Shown: piece after piece, positions 22,244 to 34,927 of the stretch
How positions within the stretch are numbered: the stretch's first letter is position 1
How the letters are laid out: each line of letters starts with the position of its first letter
Origin: Atractiella rhizophila
Taxonomy: Eukaryota
DNA length: 42,065 nt
Direction of reading: 5' to 3'
NCBI GenBank assembly: GCA_021432655.1
Contig: MU271217.1
Coordinates: 104,985-147,049, forward strand
Notes under the pieces: generated by a model
Databases searched by the model: none
What the model was told of the DNA's origin: nothing
Seen by the model: the letters and a program-made list of their open reading frames with translations, nothing else
Position numbers and translations under genes: made by a program

Positions 22244-24361
22244 ATGGATTCTGCGAACTTGAACCCAGGACGAGACAGCAGGTCCTCTGAAACTAGGACC
22301 GTTCAGGATTCGTCTTTTGAGCAAAACATGTTGATGGATATGCCTGAGAAACAGCCCCAGCCCGCCCCAGCATCCGTTGCTCCCGAACGGCCAGCTCTCA
22401 AGAAATTCACGCATAATTTCTTCGATCCTGAAGTTGCACACCTAAGGAAGATTTATATATCGGTACGCTAAAGCTTTGTTGTTGTGGTGATCCAACTCCT
22501 GACTTGCCGTCCTGCAACAGACGCTGGCAAAAATCACAGTTGCTATCACCCTACTCATCTGGATATATCTTCCGATGTGCGCGCTTTTCGAATGTGGCCA
22601 ATGGGGTTGAATATGAGTTTCTGTTACAGTTATTGGGGTTCGCAATACAACGTCACCCAGCACGAGGGTCACTTCGAAAATCTGGATATTCTGATCGTCG
22701 ACTACGACAACAATTCTCCCATCTCTCAACTCATTTATCAAACCTTTGCGTCCGCTTCCCAAGGCGTTGGGACACCTAGTTATATCAATCTGCCTCATGA
22801 CAAAGCAATGGCGCGATATCCGGGTGGAACCCAAGACCTGGCAAATGGGCTCGTTGAGCATGACGCCTGGGCAGCCGTAGTCGGTACGCAAATTTGCCAT
22901 TCCATTTAGTTTCTGCTAACGACAAAGGAAGTCAATTCTGGCGCCTACACCTCCCTGCAGAATGCACTGCGCGGGTCGAATGCCACATATGAACCTGCTT
23001 CTGCTGTCACCTTCTATGGAGTCGAGGCGAGAAATAATGTGGGATCCTCGTTGTTCGTCCGCGCTAATTCGTTAAAAAACAACACCCAGGTGGTCTATGG
23101 TCCTATCCTCTCGGCCGTTCAAAAATCGCTCATGCAAGCTTGTCTTTCCTTCGCTGTCCAAACCGTCCGTGCTTCAGCTGCAAATACATCAACGAGCCCA
23201 CAGTTACTCGTCCAACCAATATCCTATACGGTACACTGCTCGTAGATCACACGATCCGTTGCTGATGACAGAAATCAGATAAACAACCTACGACCATATG
23301 ACCTTCCTATCGCGACTGCCCTCCTGCTCGTTGGCTTAATTCTGATGCTCATCTTTGCGTGAGCATCTGCTTTTCGTGTGACTTTTGAGGAATTCTAAAC
23401 CAACGACATAAATAGCTTTATTTTCACAATGGCAAACTACGGGATTCGACAGATAATTGCCCCTTATCTTAACCTGCGCTCCTTGATCCTCGTCAGACTC
23501 GCTTTACCTCCCATTCTCTACTTTTTACCTAGTCTTTGGGTGTGCGTCACCTCTGTTATCACCGTTGTCGTTTCAAAATTGAGTTATGGGACGGCCATAG
23601 GTCACTCGCAAGTTGCGCCTTCCAAGTTCCTTTTGATAGGAAGTTTGGCGATTCAGGATTTTTAGTTTTCTGGACAGGTGAGTGCAACATGCTGCGTAGT
23701 TGCAGTAATTACTCACGTAGGTGTGGCATGAAAGTCAATTATTGTGCCATGCTTGCTTTGGGTCTCGCCACCGAAGCCATAATCACACTTACAACCCATC
23801 AGTTTATCGCTTTCTTCATTATCTTCTGGATAGTCACCAATGTTGCAGTCGCAGGTGGTTAGTACTCTCCGCTCCTTGATTATTCGGGCCGAAATACTGA
23901 ACCTTTTATTGTAGTGCCTCCCGAGGTGAGAGTCTCTGGCGAAGGAGTACCTTCTCAGGCAAGAAACTGATATTCGGATCAGGTCCAATACGGTCTCTAC
24001 CGCTACGGCTTCGCTATGCCCTTTTACAATGTTTGTGCTTCTTCCCTTAGCATGAATATATATCTCCTCACCGTGAGACACATGCAGGCATCGACTGCCA
24101 TCCGCACCATCCTGTTCTCCACCAAAAACAAGGTGGGACAGAACATCGGCATCCTCCTCGTTGGGGCTTTCGTCTCGTGCATGTAAGAGCCTGTTCCCCT
24201 GCTCGACTTGATTCTCACACCAGTCCAGTACCATTCCACTATTTCAAGCGTTCATGCGTCGGTTTGAAGTGCGCAACGAGAAGGTCCTCGAGAGGGAGGA
24301 GAAAGATGAACTCGTCGATGGGGTAGATAGGACGATAGTCACATTGTTCTTGCAGTCCTAG
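22244..24361 (+). CDS. DUF3533/Sng1-like multi-pass membrane protein, copy 1
   Basis: YWGSQY..LDILIVDYD, VEHDAWAAV, NLRPYD, YRYGFAMPFYN, KNKVGQNIGILL, plus several hydrophobic helices; many short introns. Confidence 0.85.
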
Positions 24362-24794
24362 TCCAAGACAATTTATTCATAATAGCTGAGTGTTACGGTA
24401 TGTCCTCTAGCCTAAATAGTGTGGAGCCTAACGTATGTAGTATGTAGAAGATTGCCACTGCGATAATGAAGACAAAACATGGATGCAACGCCGCTTAATA
24501 TACCTACTAGTGACAGATGTCAGAACGAACAACTCTTTCAGTGTCAGTGGTTATACTTTTCGCCTCCAACAATCTCAGAGGCATTCTTCCGGCTGAGCCG
24601 AGGTTCGCACAAGCTTGTAATTCAGAGTAAAAATATGGTCCAGAAGCGGGACTGGGACTGAAGGTTCCTACAGGCAACTTGGAAGCTCCTTCCGATGAGA
24701 GTGCTCTGCCATTGTGGCTATCCACCATCATGTGATTGATAAAGGCATGGATGCATTCGCAAGCACCTATGCCGGGAAGCAACTTGCTGAGGGT

Positions 24795-24818
24795 CCCCGT
24801 TCATCAGCGCTCCGTGGA
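24795..24818. promoter_or_regulatory. Conserved promoter block of the DUF3533 paralogs (other copy at 22056-22076)
   Basis: 21-bp identity ccccgttcatcagcgctccgt upstream of both genes; copy 2 extends into TCCGTGGA. Confidence 0.55.
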
Positions 24819-25021
24819 GGCTGGTCCGACATTGTTGGCGCGCGTTAACGCCTTCAAGTCCGTTCCCCGAACTAAAGCAAAATTACCGAGATCGGACCCA
24901 TGCGGACAGCGATCCGTTCGAGAAGTTCAATAAAGGAAGTGTCATTATCTCTTCTTTCTCCCCTCGTTTACAATAACTCAGCCCCACAGCAACCAGTCAA
25001 TAACACCACCAAACGACCTAC

Positions 25022-27110
25022 ATGAACTCTGCGACGAACCTGAACACTGGACGAGAAAGAAGGTCGTCTGAGACTAGGACCGTACAGGATTCTCCTTCTG
25101 AGCAGAACATGAAGGTAGACATGCCTGAGAAGGCGCCCCAGCCCGCCTCAGCTGTTCCCCAACAACCTGCACTCAAGAAATTCACGCATAATTTCTTCGA
25201 TCCTGAAGTTGCGCATCTCAGGAAGATTTATCTATCGGTACGCTAAAGCTTTGCTATTGTGGGGATGCAACTCCTGACTTGCCGTCCTACAACAGACGCT
25301 GGCAAAAATCACAGTCGCTATCACCTTGCTCATCTGGACGGCTCTGCCAATGTGCGCGCTGTTTGCCCATGTTTTCACTGAAAGTTGAGCCCAAATTGTT
25401 TTCGCAGTTATTGGGGTTCGCAATACCACACCACAGAGCATAAGGGTCACTACGAAAAGCTGGATGTTCTTATAGCGGACTACGACAACAACTCTCCCAT
25501 CTCCCAAATCGTCTTTCAAACCTTTGCGTCCGCTTCTCAAGGCATAGCAACGCCAAGTTATGTGAATCTGCCCTATGAAGAAGCCATAGCGCGGTACCCG
25601 GGCGGACCCCAAGACCTGGCGGATGGAGTTGTTGACCATGACGCTTGGGCAGCAGTCGTCAGTTCGTCTCTCACGCTGTTTTCTTGTTGGTTTTCCGCTA
25701 ACAATGAAAAAAAAGTCAATCCTGGAGCCTATGCCTCGCTCCAGAACGCACTGAACGGGTCGAATACGACATACGAAGCTTCCTCCGCCCTCACCTTCTA
25801 TGGAGTGGAGGCTAGGAATAACGTCAGCTTTTCCTTCGTCTGCATCATTTAATGGAGTAGCTGAGAATCTGCATGCAGATGGTCTACGGCCCAATCCTCT
25901 CAGCTGTTCAGAAACCGCTCACACAGGCTTGTGTCATATTCGCTGCTCAAACCGTTCGTGCGTCAGCTGCAAATTCAGCCACAAGTCCCCAACTATTAGT
26001 CCAGCCAATATTTTATACGGTACGCTTCTCTTCGCATCTTCAAACTGCTGCTGACTGCACGAATGCAGATAAATAACCTGCGGCCGTACGACATCTCCAT
26101 TGCGACCGCCCTTCTACTCGTCGGTTTGATTCTATTGCTCATCGTTGCGTGAGTCTCGCCGCTCTCCAATTGATGAAATATCTTAAAGCACGAACTAAAA
26201 CAGCTTTATTTTCACAATGGCGAACTACGGCATACGGCAGGTAATCGCTCCTTACCTCAACTTGCGTTCGTTGGTCCTCGTCAGACTCGCTTTACCTCCC
26301 GTTCTTTACTTTATCCCCAGTCTTTGGGTGTGCGTCGTCTCTTTCTTTCGTAAACTGTCATTTGCGAGCGGAGACGTGCGACGGTCACAGGTCACTCGTT
26401 AGTTACGCTTTTCAAGTTCCTTTTGATAGGAAGTTTGGCGATTCAGGATTCTTGGTTTTCTGGGCTGGTGCGTTGCACGCTTGTAACTCTTTTCAGTGGT
26501 ACTAACATTATGTGGTGCGAAAGTAAACTACTGCGCCATGCTCGCTTTGGGTCTTGCGACAGAAGCAATGATTACGCTCACAACTCCGCAGTTCATCGCC
26601 TTCTTCCTTATTTTCTGGATAGTTTCCAATGTTTCAGTTGCAGGCGGTTAGTACTCTCCGCTCTTGATCATTTTTGTCAAATTGCTGACGTCGTCTTCCT
26701 AGTGCCTCCGGAGGTAAGCTTCACGAGAAGTTTCGTTGTCAAACGTACTGATTGTCGTATCAGATCCAATACCGCCTTTATCACTATGGCTTCGCCATGC
26801 CTTTTTACAACGTTTGTGCTTAACTCACTGGCAACCTACACCTGCTCACTGTGAGCGACTTGCAGGCGTCAAATGCCATCCGGACCATTCTATTTTCCAC
26901 CAAAAACCAAGTGGGACAGAATATCGGCATCCTCCTCGTTTGGGCTTTCGTCTCGTGCATGTAAGAGCCCTGTTCCCCCGCTGGACTTGATTCTCACACC
27001 AGTTCAGCACCATTCCACTATTTCAAGCGTTCATGCGCCGATTCGAAGTCCGTAACGCCAAGGTTCTAGAGAGGGAGGAAAAGGGTGAACTAGTCGATGG
27101 CGAAGATTGA
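25022..27110 (+). CDS. DUF3533/Sng1-like multi-pass membrane protein, copy 2 (tandem paralog)
   Basis: Same exon structure and motifs as copy 1; TGA at 27108-27110. Confidence 0.85.
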
Positions 27111-27399
27111 TCACGGCATGGCACCTGAGTTCTCGTTTCGCTGTGCCAGTGGTTTTGTTGCAGTCCCTATAGAAGCATCACATTTATTGACAATGGGTGA
27201 AATAGCATGTAGGTATTGCTCATATTTTGTATCAAAAGGATGAACATCCCTTGTAACTCGCTCGAAATGTGGTCTACTTCACCTAAAACGTTCCCTCAAG
27301 ATCCCAAGCATCAAGAATGTGAATACAGGTCAACACACTACAAGACTTTTGTTTCGTTTCGTCTCTTTGGGCATCAGCTATAACTTGAAGTCGTCGCGT

Positions 27400-28990
27400 C
27401 CAACATCCTGTTGTTGATATCCACTGGGACCAACTACGATTCCCTGGTAACCAGCGCAGTCATTGCTCATTCCTCAGCCATCAACACCACCCATTTCTCT
27501 TTCCTCAACCTTAAATCATTCGACTTAGGGTCAGCATCTTCTTCTACGTTGATATGTACTAGTAAGATTACTGACTAGTTGAGATTGATTGGCCGACTAC
27601 GACCATCCATCCTGTCGATTGCGCCAACTATCCGTTCCTTCACGTCACAATTCTGTTCAATTTTCGGTTTTATCTCCATCTCTGGAATTTGTTTCGTCTG
27701 CGGATAAGGTGTTTTCCAACGAAGAGGAGTTATTCCAGGATCCATTCAGTGTTAATGCGCTCATGGACATTGCCGTCAAGGCGACAAATGCCACGCTTTA
27801 TACTTTCTTTGAGAGGCTCGCGGAAGGCGGAAGGCGCTTACAATCGCTTACAATTGAACCCTCAGACTTACATTCGATCACGGGCTTGACCTAGTTGCCA
27901 GAATTCCTTCCCTTATGAGCGGAGCCAACTTCTTTCAGCCGCAAGTCAAGTTGCTTCAATGGAATTTGTTCGCAAGGAGCTTTCTATACCTTGTCCTCAA
28001 ATTTTGCGTTGAGCGCACCTGCGGACGACGGTCTGGTTGGAGGCGAATTTGTTTTAATGGAAAAGGCCATAGGTGTCCCCCTTCACATCGTTCTATGTTG
28101 TATGTGGGCGTACGAGTGACACTAGGTTAGGTGGTCGCAGATTGAGGGAGATCAGGCAAAGCTTCATTATGGACTTACGAATCATCGAAAGAAGCTTGAG
28201 AATACCAACTTTTCACAATATGATAAGCGGTAATCTGCACTCTTCACGGTTTTATGACCTCCCGTCACCGAGCGGTAGAAGATCTATCAAAATATACCAT
28301 TAGACCTATCGCTCATTGATGACGGTATTATTACGCTGATTTGAAGACCCTTTCGAGGGCCGTGGAAGAGTATTGAAGAATTTGTTCACCCTGGTTTATG
28401 CTCGACAACTTTCATGATTCACCACGCGAGCACAAACCAGCCACCTGAACAAATTTCAAGTCAAGGTCCCGACAATTGTTGAACAGTGGCCGCAGTTTTA
28501 CACACTTGCAAATATTTTGACAAATTTCTTCTGTCGTTCCTATTGAGCGGCCACATCCGTCCGTCGGCGATTCACCAGGAGTCCTTTGGAATCCAGACCT
28601 AACCCTTGGAAATATCATGGTGTCAGAGTCTGGAGATGCGGCCATTACGAGTAATATTGACTGGCAAGATGCTTTCATTGGACCCTTTTCATGCAAGGTA
28701 GCTTAGCGCTAGCGCTCTTATACTCTCGATCTCGAATCCAAGTCCCACCAGAGCATAGAGGAAGCCAGCGATGCCAATCTGGATGGACTTTCTCAAGAAG
28801 AGGACGACCCAACCCGACTTGAACAAAGATATGACATGCGGTTTCAGGTCTCAGGGTCATGAAGGAATGGATGTAGTTTGACTGGTGAATGCGACACGCA
28901 AGGCTGTCAGGTTCCCAATTCGGAATATCTGGCCAACCTACCACAATTAACTCTCTGACGCCGTTCGGACAAGCCGTCTTGGTGTTGGAA
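27400..28990. other. Coding-like fragments, probable decayed gene(s), unassigned
   Basis: Short Leu-rich frames broken by stops (27589-27894 on +; 28412-28944 on -); no coherent spliced model could be built. Confidence 0.25.
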
Positions 28991-29349
28991 AACTAGGGGT
29001 TATGGAAGAACCACTACCTTTGATTCTATTCACAAGTCAGGAACGGACAATGTGGTAAAGTTTAGACGATATCAGGTATGCAGAGGAGGTCGATAAATTA
29101 GTACGAGGATTGTGACGGAGATGGTGTCCTTAACAAACATGACTGTGACATAGCTCAGAAAAGTTTAGATGTATTGGTCTTCGAGTATTGGGCTATTTGC
29201 GCTTAAATGGGTGGAGCTACTGTCTAACCTGAACTTCATTTCCTTTAATTATCACAAATGTACCAACAGCTATCTATTCTTGTTGTTTTCATCAACCTGT
29301 CAATATTTTCAATGCGATATGGCTACGACGAATGCAAAGAAGGGAGGCA

Positions 29350-30217
29350 TCAAGCGTCTGGTACACGCTCCCAGCCAAGCTCTTCAAGGCGTCTTGCGAC
29401 CTGATTTACTTCACCGGAGCCGGATGGAACACTAGGCGAGATCTTTGCAGACTTTGCAGACTTACTTTTCATCCGACCTATGAATCCGGAGAGTTGACGG
29501 CCTTCTAAAGCATTCAAAGCTTCTTCGGAGCGTCGTCGTGTTTCTTGTGAGCTGCGCCAACCGTCCATCACAAGAAAACCTCGGAAAGAAGTGGTCACTT
29601 ACTTTCTCGATCCAAAAGGGAACAGCCTAGTGAAAAGTCCTACTTTTCTCTTGGGCTTCTTCAATTTCTTCGTAACTACTTCTGCAAGCCTTACGCTCCT
29701 GGCGCTCGAATCTGAAATGGATAAAGCGCCGGATGGCACTATTGTAGACAATGGTCGAGTTTTTGAGAGTCGGTTACCATCCCAACTTGAAGGTCGTGGG
29801 CGCGGTGTAGGACGGTAGGGGTCAGGGGCGGCGTGCACCGATGGTGCAATCGAAATTTCCGAAATAGAGGCTGCCTCGATGAACGAAGAGGGAGCAACTT
29901 CTCGTTGCCTCGGAGCGAATGGTGGGAGGATGGGAGAGGTATACGAGGCTTCTCCTTCAGGAAGACAAGGAAGCAATGGCGCAGAACGCTGATAGCTGGA
30001 TAACGGAGATGGTTGCACGTATGCTGTTAATCGATCGTCAGAGCAGTAAATAAAGCGACGAGCACATACGGTTGTAGGCGCCGTGAGCAGCCAAAGCCGC
30101 CACTTGCAAATGGGTTGGTCGTCTCAAGGTTCCCCTTCGCGCCGACGTGGAAGAACCTGCTGATCCGGATCCGGCCACAGACGAGGAAGTATCACTCCAG
30201 CCTTCAGCGTCCCACAT
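29350..30217 (-). CDS. Uncharacterised Ser/Pro-rich basic protein A (exons 30217-30070, 30023-29603, 29551-29350)
   Basis: Starts MWDAEGWSDTSS; two canonical introns give a continuous frame ending ..LGWERVPDA*; paralog lies on the opposite strand. Confidence 0.75.
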
Positions 30218-30904
30218 CTCTTGTGCTGAACTTTTCTGCGTTCTGATGAAGCAGACGCTCTCTTTTATTCAGGATTCAGGATTCGGATGGATGCTGACAG
30301 CGTTCACTCTATGACTGCACTACTCCGAGTTTCCTCTATAGAAGGTCAAGAGCACTGTTGTGCTTATTCGCAAAGCTACCTTATCGGACAAGGGTCTGCG
30401 TGTAAGACAAGATTGTAACAGGTTACAAGTTGTAAGATAATCAATCGGTTGTGGATGAAAGTCATTTTGGTGTTGGACGGACATCGCCTCCGAAAGAGTC
30501 AATATGAGTCTGGAAAACAATGTCATGACACAACCCACCTTCGCGGAGAGTTCCTTCAAGCAATTATACATTAACAGGCAAACTCAAAGGAAGACTTAGG
30601 AAGTACGCTCACCTGGCAAAACCGGGCAAAACATTGGTGACGACTGTATCAGAGGGAACTCGGAACATGCCAAGCACGTGGCGACGGAGAGAGAGATATG
30701 AGCGCTGGATGAGTACTCCGCGATGGAAGTCCGTGACACCTTCAGCAGAAGGGAGATCGGGTACAAGCACGTTATCGATGGAAAGTACAATAAAGTAAGA
30801 CTCATAATGAGATATCGTTTCGAGTACAAAAGAACAGGACTCTGCATATTGAGGAAACCACATTTTCCACTTTTCTTTCTTTTATAAGTAAGTCGTCAGT
30901 CAAG

Positions 30905-31682
30905 ATGTGGGACGCTGAAGGTTGGAGCGACTCTTCCTCCGAAAGTGAATATTCGTCCTCATCACATCGATATCCTGCCGTGAAGAGACGGCTGTCTAGA
31001 AGAGGCCAAGCTTTAACGACTTCAGGTACGCGTCATCGCACAATTTGGAAAACAACAAAATAATTTTTTTAATGTAGCATTAGCATCAAGATCTGCCCCG
31101 TCGCTCTATCGACCAGTTCATCACGAGCCCTCCGTGGCACCTCCCATGCCATCCTTTCCGTCCATCAGGTCGTACAGGCGAGACGACAATCAGATAGATG
31201 TTCCTCGTCATGGAAGGTCCGCTTCACCCATACAAGCATCAAATTCTCGGCCAGATTCAATGCATGCTAGACCAGATTCTTATTATCCAAACCATCGCGC
31301 CATACCTGCCGCTGGTTCTCCCGTTCCTCGTCCTTCGCTTGCATCGTCCCGTGCAGTCGTTCCCTCAACTCGTGAAAGCAACGCTACGGGTAGGTCCAGA
31401 GAGCGGAAGAAGAAGAAAGGTGTAATTAAAAAGATGCATGCGTCACATAGATACACTAGGCTACTCAGTTTCGCACTGTTTGGGCCTAATGTTGTATCAT
31501 CTAGTTCCCAAGATCTCCGTCGACGGTCTCAAGACCTCTTGGTCGATACGTTCGAGGAAAGTCCGCTCCTCGGGTTCTTGGATAGATTGAGAGGTTTGAA
31601 AAAGGCAAGAGAACGAGGGGAAGAACAGAGGAGGAACAAGAACAAGCTGGAAGGGAATTTTGGCCCACTGGTGCGCCACTGA
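30905..31682 (+). CDS. Uncharacterised Ser/Pro-rich basic protein B (exons 30905-31025, 31084-31682)
   Basis: Starts MWDAEGWSDSSS; phase-1 intron 31026-31083 joins it to ORF 31134-31682; C-terminal block is homologous to protein A. Confidence 0.75.
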
Positions 31683-32453
31683 GCTTCTGCACGATGGACA
31701 AGGACATTGGTTAATTTTGATGCTGTTACGGACTTTCATTTTTGTGCATTTAGTGATGTCATATACATGTTGTCCCTACGACCTACGCAATAATAAACAG
31801 TCTTTTCTACTATTTCTTTGGCGACAATGTAGACGATAAAAGGCGTGAAAAACTTCTATGCACTCTCATCGTAATATTCATGATCAATATCTGATTCCCA
31901 CTTGATCTGTTATGGACTTCATTCCGGGGACGGGGACAGACTAGGAGGGCAACAAAATACTCACAACTAATGATACTGAGGGATCGCACGCCTTCACGAC
32001 CCCCTACTAGTAGCTATTTCCCAATCTCAACTCAGCTGTCAGCCATACTGCCAACATTCTTTCCCCTTTCACTTCACCAAACAGCGTCAATGTTCAGCGG
32101 TATTTGAAATTTTTGGCTTTCGATGCCGAGTGTGTGCACCGCCCCCGATCAAGGGGGTGTTGACCAGTTAGGTCATGATTTTACTGCTTAACGTGGTCAA
32201 CTCCTACTATCATGCGACCAGCCATGTAGTTCGATGTCCTTTTCCCTAATCACCCTGCCTTTGGGCAGCTCTGGTTGTGGAAACCTCGGTCCGGAATGGG
32301 AAAGAAAGTCTTGGCGAATGGACGGCAGTATTCCATATTCCGCTTCTTAAAGGCCACCAGCAGTACGACTGCGACCAAGGCTAGAAGGCGCAGTTCAGCT
32401 TTTTATCTAGGCATATCGCCTCCAGCTCACTCAATCGCCAGCGAGTGCGGATC

Positions 32454-34627
32454 ATGGCAAGCTACATCCCGCTGAAAACAGCTCGACAGAGCCTTGAGTC
32501 CTTCATCAAGACTGCCAAGTCGAATTTCGACCCGGTTTCCTCTCCAGGGAGCTCAAATGTGTCCTCCCACAGTCCCCAGTCGCAGGGCTATAATCCTCTT
32601 TTCGTCGGGTCGAGTTCTGGCTGGAAGGGGAAGTCCAGACGCTATATCCAGTGGGTGGGAGCTTTCACCCTCGTTGTTATCGCCACGTTCTTTCTGCGCG
32701 CGTTCCTCCCTTCCGCACTCTTCTTTGATCCAAATGAAGGAATACCGATATCGAGAGTATCGGAATACGGAGAGCCTTTCCCCGATTACCTCGAAAAGCA
32801 TTTCCCTTTATCTCGCTGGACAACAGGGGGAGAAGACGATCGTCCCATCCTTTGGCTCACCATCTCTTCCTCTGACTTCATCAAGCAAGGCACGGCGCAT
32901 ATGCAACACTTCATTCAACACGTCTTGAACAGAAGGAACAAGCGCAAGACCACACTCATTACGTTTTGCATGGACGAATTGTGCGATAGAACATGCGAGG
33001 ACATGGGATGGTTTTGTTTCGGAGGATACCGCGAAGGGAAGCCTGAAATTATAAAGACATTTACATGGCCGAAACTCATGGGTTCGTCGCTACTCCTGCT
33101 CTTCCTGATTATGGCGCTGATGCAGAGAGTAGGTCTTATCGAGATTCTCGAGAGCGGAAGAGACACCTTTTTCGTTGACTCGGATGTCTATTTCAGGTCG
33201 TAAGTCGCCATTCCTCTTATCGATTCCTTAGCGTGAACTGATGACTGCGAAGAAATCCATACGAACACATGGAGCCGTTGGGAAGGTTCGACTTACAGAT
33301 ACAAGAAGAAACAGCTTACCAAGTCAACACTGGTCCGTAAAACCTGTCTTACCCGCAAAATGTGGTTGAGCGGGAAACAGGCTTTTTTCACATCGTATCT
33401 AAACCGGAAACCGTTCAGCTGTGGAGGGACGTCCTCGATCGTGATATGCAGGAAGTGGTGTGTCCCGTTTCCTTTTGCTGGAATTCACCCGTTGATAAGT
33501 TGTGTGTCCGAGCAGAGCCGCGATCAGCTGAATGTCAACATACTCTTGAACACCTTCGAGCTTCGTAGACGGCCAGATGGCGGTGCTCACCAAGACTTCA
33601 TCAGCACTACCGGATGTGCGTATCTTTCACCTGTCAGCGTGGCATGCCACTCAGTTTAGTTCCCTCGCCATAGTATCAGTGCATGTCCTGCCAAAAGAAA
33701 TTTTCCCAGCGTATCATATGGCTTTCAATCAAGACCAGTCAGTTTTTCCCAACTGCAATATCCACCTTCTAATAGCAAGCTGTTTGACGTGAAAGATTCG
33801 ACACCATTGATGCAGTGTACATGCATGCCACTTGCGTTGACCAGAACGAAATGAAAGAATACCTTGCCGGCTCTCTGGGTTTTCTCCCCGACACCTTCTC
33901 ACGGTACAGCTCTCCCCCTCCAATCCTCACGACGCATTCACTAGGGGGTTCTCGGGATCAAATCCGAAAGCAAGTCCAAATTTTACTCGCTCTTGCCCAT
34001 TACTCCAATCGTGCTTTCGTCCCCCCCGCTATGGGAGACATAACGGGCCTCCACAATAGAACAGAGGAGGAAATGAAGGGGAAAAGATATGCTTTCTCGA
34101 TGTTCCCATTCGATCAGCTCGCTGGATGGCTTGGAGAAGTCGACATCAGGGAGATCGAATACGAATCGCACGTTAGGTCACACATTCTCGCCGATCCCTC
34201 CGCACCAGGAGCATTGGACACTCTGAGGCGACTCGAAGACGTCGTCGAAATTGACCTCAGAGGGATCTACAGTTTCTCTCACCTTCTCCGTGTCTTGTTG
34301 TCAGAGGGAAGGGCGGGATGGTGGGCACTCGAGTCGGAGGATAGGGACGCGTATTCCGACTGGGAGGTCACAGGAGGTCTGCATGGGTACAGGCGGAGGG
34401 GAACTGTGCGGATCGTGAACTGGATGTGGACGGATCGATGGATGGAATGGGAGATTCCTAAAAGAGTGGAACGATTCGTCGACCTCTGCGGCGACCTCGA
34501 GAAGGGACCTTGGTGTGGGGAGATATGTCGCAAGAACGCGAAATTAGAGAAGATGAAGGAAGAAGGAGAGATGGACGCACTAGAGTGGATGTGGGAGAGC
34601 ATCGATGAGGTTTTGGAAAGGTATTGA
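32454..34627 (+). CDS. Nucleotide-diphospho-sugar transferase (GT77-like) type II membrane glycosyltransferase, multi-exon
   Basis: TM anchor WVGAFTLVVIATFFL, LIEILESGRDTFFVDSDVYF (DxD), FDLQIQEE..NTGFFHI, SRDQLNVN, MHATC, and C-terminal QVQILLALAHYSNRAFVPP. Confidence 0.82.
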
Positions 34628-34927
34628 ACTGTTCTGTCGTTGGGCTCCTTGCATTCCTTGCATGTCGTTCTCTCAAAACCCTGTCGTTTAAGATCTCGAA
34701 CTCGCATCCTTTCGTATGTGTATAATGTTTAGACAGACATCGTTCCGTTCGGTGTATATACCATCTTATAATCATACCACAATGGTTGAATGGTGTCCCC
34801 CTTGTCAACCCCACGGCTAGCATTGCAGCGAATGTAGGGAAGCAGATAATATTCAACCTGATAAATGTACAGTCTCTCCACACAAGCTAGTATAAGACAT
34901 ATCTTGATTTGCTAAATCCATATCAGT

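Noticed and set aside
31436..31504. Possible GC-AG intron in protein B
   Set aside because: In frame with no stop, weak donor, and it encodes TRLLSFALFG, which matches coding sequence in paralog A.
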